DNA from: a virus
Taxonomy: Duplodnaviria > Caudoviricetes
Length of the DNA: 57,283 nucleotides
Direction: 5' to 3' (one strand)
Virus record (IMG/VR): IMGVR_UViG_3300034196_000024
Span: 1-57,283 of that record
Each line of letters begins with the position of its first letter. The stretch's first letter is position 1. Both the position numbers and the translations under genes were made by a program. The notes beneath the pieces were generated by a model. It was given only the letters and a program-made list of their open reading frames with translations, made no database searches and had not been told where the DNA came from. Below are positions 1 to 8,517 of the stretch, in pieces.

Positions 1-17
1 ACCCCGGCCTCACCCTC

Positions 18-470
18 GGCGAATGGGAATGGGATATGGGAATGAGAGAAGGGGAAGGGAGAAGGAGAAGGAGTAGGAAAGGGCATGAATGAGGAAGGTG
101 ATATGAGGAAGGGTATATGGGGCGGGGGCGTATATAGGGGGTATTAGGGGATAGGATATGATTACATATGATTGCTGATGCATGATGATGCATGATCATT
201 CCCATTCCCCAATGCATGATCATCGATCATTCCTAATCAATCCTCAATCGCCTCAATTGATGCGATGCGCGCGATGATGCATTATGCGATGCCTATATCG
301 ATGCGCCTTTCTCCTCATCATCCTATTCGATACTCTTGCTCTTTGCGCGCGATGATTCATTGCATGATGATGATCCTTTCCTATCCTAAATACCTTCCTC
401 GATATGCATTCCTCAATCCGATGATTCTCATTCCACACCACGCATTCTTCATTCTCGAATGAATCCGCGA
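18..470. other. Non-coding low-complexity terminal region, candidate packaging/origin region
   Basis: Purine/G-run tract (~20-155) flips to a C/T-rich tract built of GAT/CAT/GCG words; no credible ORF; AT-richer than the coding regions. Confidence 0.5.
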
Positions 471-615
471 AGAACGAACCCCCCCGGGGAAATAACGCCG
501 CATAACTCCGCCCCCGTGAAACGGACCATGCTACGGCACCGCTGTGTCTCTCCGTGAAAAAAGTGCTACCACGGTCTCCTCCAAGAGATCCGGGCACAGG
601 CATACCTTCCCCACC

Positions 616-645
616 TTGACACCACCACCCTCCTCTCATTAGCAT
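616..645 (+). promoter_or_regulatory. SigA-like promoter, leaderless mRNA
   Basis: TTGACA(616)-N18-TAGCAT(640); ATG at 652. Confidence 0.8.
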
Positions 646-651
646 TGCTGC

Positions 652-1311
652 ATGACTACCTCACAGCACGACCTCCAGAAGATCATCCACAAGTTCGAGA
701 AGGACCTCAAGAAGCTCGGTCGTCACCTCGACAAGCTCCGGACCTTCGAGAACCAGATCCCCATCCTGCCCGAGAAGAGCGCACCTCGCTCTGACGTTCC
801 CTCCATGGTCGACACCCCGGAGACGCTGGACGCGCTGCATGCCCGCTGGCAGTTCAGCCACGACGTCTATGGGCCGGAGGTCGCACGCAACGCCACCCGC
901 GTGCTGCTCGCCCTGGCCGACAATGACATCGCCGCCGCACAAGCCATGCGGGCTTACGCAATCATCGCCGCACGGGCCCTGCACGACCCCACCGCTCCTC
1001 GACCCAGCGACTCCACTTCACCTCCCAACGACGAGGAGATCGGTCGCTTCCTCAGCGAGTGGCTCGACGACTCCGCGCCGCTAAACATCCGCAGGTACGT
1101 CCTCGCGGCTCGAGCGCTTGCCCGGAAGTTCCCCCTCCTCGGGATCACCTATGGCACGAGCCTCGCCGACCCTGGTGTGGACCCGGCAGAAGCCCAGCTC
1201 GAGGAGAAGTGCAGCTTCTGCGGACACTCGCGCAAGCGGCACATGGGGGTCAAGCACTGCGTGGGGGGAAGTCTCGAGGGCCCCAACTGCAACTGCTCCT
1301 GGTTCCGGTAA
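652..1311 (+). CDS. Hypothetical early protein with C-terminal Cys/His cluster
   Basis: 219 aa ORF directly after promoter; CSFCGH...HC...CNC. Confidence 0.7.
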   Translation: MTTSQHDLQKIIHKFEKDLKKLGRHLDKLRTFENQIPILPEKSAPRSDVPSMVDTPETLDALHARWQFSHDVYGPEVARNATRVLLALADNDIAAAQAMRAYAIIAARALHDPTAPRPSDSTSPPNDEEIGRFLSEWLDDSAPLNIRRYVLAARALARKFPLLGITYGTSLADPGVDPAEAQLEEKCSFCGHSRKRHMGVKHCVGGSLEGPNCNCSWFR

Positions 1312-1313
1312 CC

Positions 1314-1523
1314 ATGATCATCACCATCTATCCCGGAGCGGGCAACGGCTGGGTCGCGGCGGTCAACGGGGTCTGGATTCCAGGCGGATACGACACCGGG
1401 CAGACGGCGATGTACGCGTGCCAGTTTCCCGACGAGGTGCTCCAGCCGATCAACGACAAGATCTACTCGGTAAATGGCGAGGATCGGCCTATCACAATGG
1501 CTGACCTGCCCCCTCAGCCTTGA
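1314..1523 (+). CDS. Hypothetical protein
   Basis: MIITIYPGAG... starts 2 nt after upstream stop; start inferred. Confidence 0.6.
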   Translation: MIITIYPGAGNGWVAAVNGVWIPGGYDTGQTAMYACQFPDEVLQPINDKIYSVNGEDRPITMADLPPQP

Positions 1524-1548
1524 CATCCCCTACCCCAGCCCATAGCAT
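1520..1548 (+). promoter_or_regulatory. SigA-like promoter, leaderless mRNA
   Basis: TTGACA(1520)-N17-TAGCAT(1543); ATG at 1555. Confidence 0.8.
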
Positions 1549-1554
1549 TGCAGC

Positions 1555-1878
1555 ATGACCACCACACCCGACCCCAAGCCCATCACCACTTCCAACCCGC
1601 GTCCCGACGTCCGGCGCTTCCAGCCGGTGATCGTCGACTTCTCCAAGGCCCCGCACTTCCAGCTGAAGGACCCCAGCGGCACGTACGAGGTGGAGATCGA
1701 GGACTACTGGGACAAGCTCACGGGCAAGTCCTGGATGAACTCCGCTGGCAACCCCGCGGCGATCATCTACGCCATGCGCTCCGGCCTCGGCAGTCTCCCC
1801 ATCGACGACAACGTGCTCTACGTCAAGCTGGGGGGCATCGGGGTCCTGGTCCACACCAGCGAGGTGACCTTCCAGTGA
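1555..1878 (+). CDS. Hypothetical protein
   Basis: 107 aa ORF with high GC3, follows promoter. Confidence 0.7.
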   Translation: MTTTPDPKPITTSNPRPDVRRFQPVIVDFSKAPHFQLKDPSGTYEVEIEDYWDKLTGKSWMNSAGNPAAIIYAMRSGLGSLPIDDNVLYVKLGGIGVLVHTSEVTFQ

Positions 1879-2092
1879 AGGAGCCCACGAACAAGCACAA
1901 GCAGTTCCGGATGCAGAAGGGCGCCTGGAGCGAAGCAACACCGAAGGAGAAGAGCTGGCCCTCCAGTGTCTACTACCCGTACACGGGGTGCCCTATCTTC
2001 TTCCTCGCTCATGCGGCACATGGCCATGTCAAGGAATGGTGCCAGCAGGGCCAGGAAGGCCGGGGGGTCAAGCACGATGGTGGCCACCACTG

Positions 2093-2254
2093 ATGGCCAA
2101 GAAGAGCAAGGCCAGAGTCAACCACATGAAGGTGCGGTTGAGCTGGCGGCAGTACCGCAGGGACCGAGACAAGTTCGTTGCTGAGGAGCTTCAGCTCTGG
2201 AGCATCTGGCAGAAGTACAAAGAAGGAGAGAACAATGACCATCTCAGTTACTGA
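2093..2254 (+). CDS. Small basic hypothetical protein
   Basis: TGATG-coupled start; MAKKSKARVNH... Confidence 0.5.
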   Translation: MAKKSKARVNHMKVRLSWRQYRRDRDKFVAEELQLWSIWQKYKEGENNDHLSY

Positions 2255-2687
2255 GCTGATGCTGAAGAGCCTCGCTCCGGAGAACAGCACGGTGCCGTAC
2301 GACGACGATCCGCTGGTGACGGTGATCGACGTCTTCGCGGTCAAGGTGGTAGTGAGGAAGGACGCCGACCGCGAGGCATTCGTCCAGTTCATCCGTGAAC
2401 GGGCCGTTGCTGGCGCGGGCATCTTCTGCGACATCGATGTCCACCGGCTCGCCGAAGGGCCCTCCTACCTCGAGCTGGGTGCCTGGCTGGGCGACCAGAA
2501 GATCGCTCTCACGGTGATGGCTCTTGGGGTCCACCACAAGGCCTGGCAGGTCATCACGCCCACCAGCCTGGGCTTCACCGGCAAGGAGGCAACCGAGATG
2601 GCGGGTCTGGGGCTCCTCCTGATCGACGGGCTGAGCCCCGAGTTCCGCGCCGAGCTCTGCGCCACCCCCACACCCACCGAGACCTGA
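2235..2687 (+). CDS. Hypothetical protein
   Basis: AAGGAG RBS before ATG 2235; high GC3. Confidence 0.7.
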   Translation: MTISVTELMLKSLAPENSTVPYDDDPLVTVIDVFAVKVVVRKDADREAFVQFIRERAVAGAGIFCDIDVHRLAEGPSYLELGAWLGDQKIALTVMALGVHHKAWQVITPTSLGFTGKEATEMAGLGLLLIDGLSPEFRAELCATPTPTET

Positions 2688-2841
2688 TGTCCCCCCGGCT
2701 GGCCCGACAGGTCACGTGGTGCTGGACCAACTGGACGTTCGGGGTCTACTCGGTCAAGCTCTCGCGGTCACAACGGGCCTACGGCATCGACTTCGGCCCC
2801 CTGGAGATCATCTGGCGCCGGAAGCTCTCACGCAGTAGGCC

Positions 2842-2870
2842 TTGACATCCCGGCTCCAGGCCGATAGCAT
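2842..2870 (+). promoter_or_regulatory. SigA-like promoter
   Basis: TTGACA(2842)-N17-TAGCAT(2865). Confidence 0.75.
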
Positions 2871-3303
2871 TTCATCACCGATTACCGCGCAGTCGAGGGA
2901 GAGGGGGCCGCCACGATGCTCTACTGCATCTGCTTTCCGCCGCTCCTCTTCCTGTTGCCGGTAAGCTTCGGTCCGGGTGAGGCGAACTACGACCTCCCTC
3001 GGGAGAGGGCTAACCACCTCTTCCCGCACAACAGACACGGGCACCCGCCGTAGGTACGCCACCTACTCTAGGGGTCACTGACTCACTCGTCACCCCCCCG
3101 GGAACATCGCAGCAGGGATCCAGGCAGGCGATCACCGTATCGACCCTCAGTCGGACCCTCTCACCCCCGCTTCCCGAGGCATACACGGAGCAGACCCCAC
3201 TCACACCCTACCCTCAGATGATACCGCACTACCAAGAGCCCCGCAGCAACCTGCCGACCGCCTGCGGGGCTCCTTGGTGTGGACTCTGGCCGGCCGGTCG
3301 ACC

Positions 3304-3332
3304 TTGACACAGAGTCAGGGAGCGCATAGCAT
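3304..3332 (+). promoter_or_regulatory. SigA-like promoter
   Basis: TTGACA(3304)-N17-TAGCAT(3327). Confidence 0.8.
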
Positions 3333-3369
3333 GATAAGTACCTGATCATCACACTAAGGAGCAGAAACA

Positions 3370-4164
3370 ATGGCCGAGTTCCGTGACCTGCAGTCTGACT
3401 ATGAGGAGCGCCGGCTGGCTGCTCGAGCCGCACACAGGGCCAAGATCGTGGACCGTGACAAGTCGGTGCCGCTCGACATGCGGAACGCCGACTTGCGCGG
3501 CATCGACCTCGCCGGGCATGACCTGACCAACATCGACTTCAGCCACGCGCTGTTCCACAACGCCAAGCTCGCGGGGTCGACGTTCTCGGGCGACCGGATG
3601 GAGGGGGTGACGTTCGAGAACACCGATGCTCGTAGTGCTGACTTCTCGCGCGCCGACCTCAACCGCAGCCACCTCGCCGCCAGCCGCCTGGAGAGTACTG
3701 ACTTCTTCCAGGCCAACCTGGAGCACGCCGTCCTGGTGCAGTGCCAGCTGAGCGACGCGACGTTTACCTCTGCCAACCTCTTCGGGGTGAACTTCGTGGG
3801 AGGGGGCTTCCGAGACACGGGGGGCAACCTGCTGATGGTCACGGGGATGGCCTCGGGCATCGGCACGATGGTCCCCACCCACAGCGGGTGGCAGGTGAGG
3901 GTCGGCTGCTGGAAGGGCACGGTCGACTCGCTGCAGGAGCTCATCCGGCAGGACACCGGATGGCCCGAGGCCTACGGCCACGAGCTCCAGCGCCGACGCC
4001 CGGTGCTGCAGGCGTTCATTCAGCTGGCCAGGGTCTACATGGAGACCTACCCCCAGATGATCGAGCAGGCCAAGAACGCCTGGGGGCCGAAGCCGAAGCC
4101 GGCTGTCGCTGAGTTCTCCCTGACCCCGCCGGTGGTCGATGCCCACGACGACGAGCTCTTCTGA
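3370..4164 (+). CDS. Pentapeptide repeat protein
   Basis: Tandem A(D/N)(L/F)xx repeats: ADLRG IDLAG HDLTN IDFSH ... ADFSR ADLNR; AAGGAG RBS. Confidence 0.9.
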   Translation: MAEFRDLQSDYEERRLAARAAHRAKIVDRDKSVPLDMRNADLRGIDLAGHDLTNIDFSHALFHNAKLAGSTFSGDRMEGVTFENTDARSADFSRADLNRSHLAASRLESTDFFQANLEHAVLVQCQLSDATFTSANLFGVNFVGGGFRDTGGNLLMVTGMASGIGTMVPTHSGWQVRVGCWKGTVDSLQELIRQDTGWPEAYGHELQRRRPVLQAFIQLARVYMETYPQMIEQAKNAWGPKPKPAVAEFSLTPPVVDAHDDELF

Positions 4165-4166
4165 TC

Positions 4167-4649
4167 ATGGGTAATCAGACAAAAGAAGCGCTTGAGGCGC
4201 TCGAACGGGTGTTCTACCAGGCAGCCTCTACCATGGGGGCTCGTCGCGGGGGTAAGACCAAGCTGCGGGCCGACTTGGTGCTCATCCAGACCGCTCTTCT
4301 GCGTGAGACTTCCGAGCCCACAACTGGAGCAGAGCTGATCGCTGCCGAGCGCAAGCGACAGGTCGAGGTCGAGGGCTACACCGCGGAACGGGACCAGGCG
4401 AACGCCACGGTCCACACCCTCACGCAGGCGGCCCGGTGCTACGCCATAGACGCTGCCTACCGCCAGGAGGTCTTCCTCAGTGGGGGCTGGGTACCCAATG
4501 GGTGGCCCTGGCTGACGGCCGAGTGGAAGCCCTCCCCGAGTGACCGCAAGCGCGAGCTGGTGAAGGCCGGGGCACTCATCGCTGCAGCCATCGACCTGCT
4601 CAGGGCAGAGCTTGGGGAGCTGACTCAGAACCTCGACGATCAGTCCTAG
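4167..4649 (+). CDS. Phage hypothetical protein (IAAERxRQ...EGYT family)
   Basis: LIAAERKRQVEVEGYTAERD and RELVKAGALIAAAID resemble a common phage protein of unknown function. Confidence 0.65.
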   Translation: MGNQTKEALEALERVFYQAASTMGARRGGKTKLRADLVLIQTALLRETSEPTTGAELIAAERKRQVEVEGYTAERDQANATVHTLTQAARCYAIDAAYRQEVFLSGGWVPNGWPWLTAEWKPSPSDRKRELVKAGALIAAAIDLLRAELGELTQNLDDQS

Positions 4650-4710
4650 GTCGGTCCTTGACAAGTTGGACATTTGGTGCAAGGATTGACCTACCGAGAA
4701 AGGAGACCTC

Positions 4711-5181
4711 ATGAGTCTCGGACAAGAGGCGGGGCAGCTCTACGAAGCTGCGAGACACACGGGACACCGGATTGACAGCACTCCCTGGCTGGAGCTGCCC
4801 CCCGGAGCCCAGGAGCCCTGGATTGCAGTGGCGATTCAGGCTCGACGGATCCACGCTACTGCCCCTGAGCTGCGTGAGGTTCTGCGAGGGCACGATCACC
4901 TGAGTATCAGGTGTGCTATCAGCAAGAGCCTGACCGAGCTGGTCACATCCATCGAAGCGGGTTCTCCTCGGCTGCCCGCGGAGGGCCACGGATTCTGGTC
5001 TATCACCGACTGGGAGATCTGGTCCAACGAGGTGGCAGCACTGATGCCCGGAGACTGGGATGGTGACGAGTCCCAGGAAGACATCATCCAGCGGTTCGTC
5101 GCCTACGCCTCTCGGCACCTGACCACCTGCCCCCACGAGTACGCCATCGGGCGTAACCTCGTCTTCCCCCCGGAGGGATAG
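4711..5181 (+). CDS. Hypothetical protein
   Basis: AAGGAG RBS; TTGACA at 4658 upstream. Confidence 0.65.
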   Translation: MSLGQEAGQLYEAARHTGHRIDSTPWLELPPGAQEPWIAVAIQARRIHATAPELREVLRGHDHLSIRCAISKSLTELVTSIEAGSPRLPAEGHGFWSITDWEIWSNEVAALMPGDWDGDESQEDIIQRFVAYASRHLTTCPHEYAIGRNLVFPPEG

Positions 5182-5182
5182 C

Positions 5183-5527
5183 ATGGCAAAGCAAAAGAAG
5201 ATGGACCTTCGTTGCCTGGTCCAGGCCCCGACTCTTGGAGGTAGCCCCTCCGTGAACTTCTGTCAGCGGCCGGCAATCCCGGCCCACCGTGAGCACGCCG
5301 ATGGACTCATGATCTGGACCACCTCACCTCAGGGCCAGGCAGGTGAGCTGCTGACCCCTCGAGAGGTAGCTCGTCTGCTCCACGTCGACCCCAAGACCGT
5401 GACGAGGTGGGCCGACGCCGGCAAGCTGGGGGTCATCCGTACCCCGGGGGGCCACCGTCGCTTCGACCGCGCGGAGGTTCACAGCATGGCTACGCCCATC
5501 CACCAGGTCTCGCAGAAGGTGACCTGA
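5183..5527 (+). CDS. BldC-like MerR/excisionase-type HTH DNA-binding protein
   Basis: LLTPREVARLLHVDPKTVTRWADAGKLGVIRTPGGHRRF closely resembles the BldC core. Confidence 0.85.
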   Translation: MAKQKKMDLRCLVQAPTLGGSPSVNFCQRPAIPAHREHADGLMIWTTSPQGQAGELLTPREVARLLHVDPKTVTRWADAGKLGVIRTPGGHRRFDRAEVHSMATPIHQVSQKVT

Positions 5528-5885
5528 TGGCCCAGCTCACACCCTCGCCGGGACCGCCATTCATCGTGGCGACCATCACCGCAAGCTCCATCGATGGGTA
5601 CACACATCTGTTCATGTTGCCGATGGACCCCGAGAAGTACCGATACGTGACTTCTCTGTACGCATGGTCTGATGGGGTCGTTACCTGGTCTGAGGATCGT
5701 CAAGATCTGACGCCGAGGCCTTCCTGATGGCCGCGCCCGACCCGCTATCAGTCAGGTGCCCGCGATGCAATGCGGCGCCTGGGGAGCCGTGCAGGCCTAC
5801 CAGCGGTACTCATCACCAGCGCCGTGCAGTCGCTGAGCACCGAGCGCGAAGAGGTCAAAGCCGACGGCGGTAGGACTATTCGTCC

Positions 5886-5914
5886 TTGACATGGTGGTTA
5901 TGTCGCGATAGACT
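5886..5914 (+). promoter_or_regulatory. SigA-like promoter
   Basis: TTGACA(5886)-N17-TAGACT(5909). Confidence 0.75.
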
Positions 5915-5956
5915 GACTTGACCGATATTTCCTACCACCTCTCTTCGGGGGAACCA

Positions 5957-6682
5957 ATGAAGAAGCTCATCGCCCTCCTCACCTTGCTGGGGCTCGCCCT
6001 GCTCGGTGTGGGACTGGCTCTTCCGGCCTCGGCTACTCAGGCCAAGACCACCGAACGCTCCTGGCTCATCGCCGAGAGCTCTTCCCGCTGGGCTCCCTTC
6101 GCCGGGGGTCCTCAGACCGTCTACGACCCCGCATCCTGCGGCAACGGGCTGATCCAGGTCGACATCTACAAGTACGACACCCGGGCTAACCGGGCGATCG
6201 TCGATGCTCTGGACGACGATGGTCTGCTGACGGCTTGGGAGGACTCCCAGGTCTACATCTCGCATACCTGGGCTTCTCAGACTCCCTGCGTCGAGCCGAC
6301 TCCTACCCCAACTCCGACGCCCGAGCCCACCACCACCCCCACACCGACCCCTGAGCCGACTCCCGAGCCGACGGTGACTCCTGAGCCGACGCCTACTCCC
6401 ACCCCCGAGGTGACGCCATCTCCGACTCCGACCCCCACCCCGACGACTCAGCCGACCCCGACGCCGAGCTCGAGTCCATCGCTCATCGCCTCGCCGAGTG
6501 CGGAGCCCTCACCGACGCCGACGCCCGGTGGTACGTCGACCAAGCCGTCCACTCCTTCGGCTTCGCCGACCCAGCTGGCCGCCACGGGACTCTCCGCGGC
6601 CGGCCGGTTCGCGATCATCGCGGGTTCTCTGATCCTGCTGGGCTCTTTGACCCTGGCGATGAAGTACCGGCTGACCCGCTGA
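5957..6682 (+). CDS. Secreted Pro/Thr-rich protein with LAxTG cell-wall sorting signal
   Basis: Signal peptide MKKLIALL...PASA; PT/PE linker; LAATG, hydrophobic helix and basic tail KYRLTR. Confidence 0.8.
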   Translation: MKKLIALLTLLGLALLGVGLALPASATQAKTTERSWLIAESSSRWAPFAGGPQTVYDPASCGNGLIQVDIYKYDTRANRAIVDALDDDGLLTAWEDSQVYISHTWASQTPCVEPTPTPTPTPEPTTTPTPTPEPTPEPTVTPEPTPTPTPEVTPSPTPTPTPTTQPTPTPSSSPSLIASPSAEPSPTPTPGGTSTKPSTPSASPTQLAATGLSAAGRFAIIAGSLILLGSLTLAMKYRLTR

Positions 6683-6692
6683 CCTAGTAGTC

Positions 6693-6737
6693 GCCCTGCG
6701 CAGTAGGCTGCCTGCCCGTTCGAGCCGGGCTAGGGTA
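6693..6737 (+). ncRNA. Mini tRNA-like structure (acceptor-like stem, one short arm, T-arm)
   Basis: GCCCTG/TAGGGT stem, GCAG-TAGG-CTGC hairpin, GCCCG-TTCGAGC-CGGGC T-arm. Confidence 0.45.
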
Positions 6738-6763
6738 CTCGACAACACAACAAAGGAGCACTC

Positions 6764-7237
6764 ATGACGATGCCCGATCTGTCTCAGGAAACGTCCAACC
6801 TCGTGAAGCACGCGATCACCGAGCTGCACCTCGCCGGGTTCTACGATCAGACATCTGGTGACTCTCTGGATCCCTACTTCGAGAAGGTCGCAGACGATGT
6901 GGTGCAGCTGGTCCGTCTGTTTGCTTCACATGCCAACTCGGGTATGTCCGCCGAGATCACCACCTCACTGCTCGAGGCGCTGCTGCAGTTCAAGCCGCTC
7001 ACCCCACTCACCAACGACCCCGCCGAGTGGAACCAGTTCGGCGACATGGGCTGGCAGTCCACTCGCGATTCCTCAGCTTTCTCGCTCGATGGGGGCAAGA
7101 CCTACTACCTGCTCGACGAGAAGCGCCGGTGGGTCGCCAAGCTGGTGTGGAAGCTGCCGGCAAAACTCAGAAACCGCCTCAGCAACTCGAAGCTGGTGTT
7201 TCCCTACCACAAGGCCGTTGACAAGCCCCTCGCCTAA
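6764..7237 (+). CDS. Hypothetical protein
   Basis: AAGGAG RBS, 157 aa. Confidence 0.7.
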   Translation: MTMPDLSQETSNLVKHAITELHLAGFYDQTSGDSLDPYFEKVADDVVQLVRLFASHANSGMSAEITTSLLEALLQFKPLTPLTNDPAEWNQFGDMGWQSTRDSSAFSLDGGKTYYLLDEKRRWVAKLVWKLPAKLRNRLSNSKLVFPYHKAVDKPLA

Positions 7238-7247
7238 GTGATAGCAT
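7218..7247 (+). promoter_or_regulatory. SigA-like promoter
   Basis: TTGACA(7218)-N18-TAGCAT(7242). Confidence 0.75.
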
Positions 7248-7283
7248 AACATAGCTATCAGGCCCTACTGAAGGAGCACTAAC

Positions 7284-7505
7284 ATGACCCAGCTTACTTC
7301 CGACGCTCCCGCCACGGAGTTCCCTCGGGAGAAGATGATCGAGACCATCATCGGGCACACCTTCCGGAACGCCGACCTGGACCTCTCCAAGCTGCTCACG
7401 GTGAGGCTGCGCGGCTGGTCGAAGCACCGGCTCTCGCTGCTCTTCGACCTCGTCGAGAAGAAGGCCTACGACCGCGCCCGCGCCCAGATCATGAGGTGGT
7501 TGTGA
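7284..7505 (+). CDS. Hypothetical protein
   Basis: AAGGAG RBS, 73 aa. Confidence 0.65.
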   Translation: MTQLTSDAPATEFPREKMIETIIGHTFRNADLDLSKLLTVRLRGWSKHRLSLLFDLVEKKAYDRARAQIMRWL

Positions 7506-7813
7506 TGCAGCACGCGAGAACCACCACCTTCGTCATGGGTGAGGCGCTGCAGAGCATCCCCGAGAGTGACCTCACCATGATGGTTCTGTTCGAAGACAAG
7601 AACATCTTTCGGGCGACCATCACTCGGAACGAGGGCGACCTCGTCAACCGGTACCTGGTTCGCCTGCAGCAGTACCTGCTCACCGGGCAGGGACTCTTCA
7701 CATGGACTCGACCCAAGTACCAGGCGGCGGCTGATGTGCTGATCGCCACCATGACGCGACGAGGTGCTGAGAAGGTCGCCCAGGACCTTCTTGACACCTT
7801 CGCCCGGGTCTAG
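7505..7813 (+). CDS. Hypothetical protein
   Basis: TGATG-coupled start within the 7496-7813 ORF. Confidence 0.6.
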   Translation: MQHARTTTFVMGEALQSIPESDLTMMVLFEDKNIFRATITRNEGDLVNRYLVRLQQYLLTGQGLFTWTRPKYQAAADVLIATMTRRGAEKVAQDLLDTFARV

Positions 7814-7818
7814 CTGCT

Positions 7819-7838
7819 GGCCTCGCTTCGGCGGGGCC
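7819..7838 (+). terminator. Hairpin, probable terminator of the early block
   Basis: GGCCTCGC-TTCG-GCGGGGCC. Confidence 0.55.
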
Positions 7839-7915
7839 TAGTAGTGTGTCAATACAGGAATGAAGTCATGCGGTCATTTTTGGCCAGACAGGACGCGGAG
7901 TGCTCCGGCTAAAGG

Positions 7916-7944
7916 TTGACTGCGGGCGGCACAGGCAATAGAGT
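7916..7944 (+). promoter_or_regulatory. Promoter upstream of virion gene block
   Basis: TTGACT(7916)-N17-TAGAGT(7939). Confidence 0.6.
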
Positions 7945-7995
7945 TATCCCAACTCCAAACTTGTCTACGCCATAGAATGGCGGCTACCGCAGGAG

Positions 7996-8517
7996 GTGAC
8001 TCGCTTCATGGCCCTGCCTACCACATTCAACACGATCCTCGTGGAGAATGACTACGTCGATCTCTCCGGTGCAATCGGTGTGGGAACCGTCACCTTCGAG
8101 CCGGTGGTGGATGGCTTCCTCAATGCCATCACCGACGAGGTCATGGTTATCCCCAAGACGATGGTCGCCACGGTTGACCCGGCCGGGCACATGTCGATCA
8201 CCCTCCCCTTCACCAACGACCCTGATGTCGTGCCGACGTTCACCTACCGGGTGACCGAGCAGATCTCGGGGAAGACTCGAAGCTTCAACATTGAGCTGGT
8301 GGCCACCCTGATTGGCCCCGTCAAGCTCTCGAAGTTGGCTCCAGTGGGGGCCTCTTCACTCGGTACTACTGCGCTGACCAAGGCGATGGCCGATGCGCTG
8401 TATGCCCCCCTCGGGACGGGTCCCACCTTCCAGCTTCGGATGTGGCCGCCGTCGACCGTCGCTCCCACTGAGCTGGACGGGGTTCTCGAGGGCGACCTCT
8501 GGATTCAGCTGCCATGA
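7996..8517 (+). CDS. Minor virion/fibre-anchor protein
   Basis: Beta-rich N-terminus typical of actinophage minor tail proteins; C-terminal EGDLW motif; GGAGG RBS. Confidence 0.6.
   Translation: MTRFMALPTTFNTILVENDYVDLSGAIGVGTVTFEPVVDGFLNAITDEVMVIPKTMVATVDPAGHMSITLPFTNDPDVVPTFTYRVTEQISGKTRSFNIELVATLIGPVKLSKLAPVGASSLGTTALTKAMADALYAPLGTGPTFQLRMWPPSTVAPTELDGVLEGDLWIQLP

Noticed and set aside
253-645. ORFs 253-645(-) and 265-462(+)
   Set aside because: Products of the low-complexity ATG/CAT-rich tract; no RBS and atypical codon use
2950-2990. Twister or HDV-like ribozyme
   Set aside because: GCCGGT...CCGG resemblance only; required pseudoknot pairings not found by eye
5183-5527. Excisionase implying a temperate lifestyle
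   Set aside because: No tyrosine or serine integrase, parAB or repressor recognisable in the window
6290-6570. Tandem DNA repeat array
   Set aside because: Degenerate codons of the Pro/Thr stalk, not a DNA-level repeat element
6693-6737. Canonical tRNA gene
   Set aside because: Too short and lacks a 7 nt anticodon loop and one arm; kept only as a tRNA-like element
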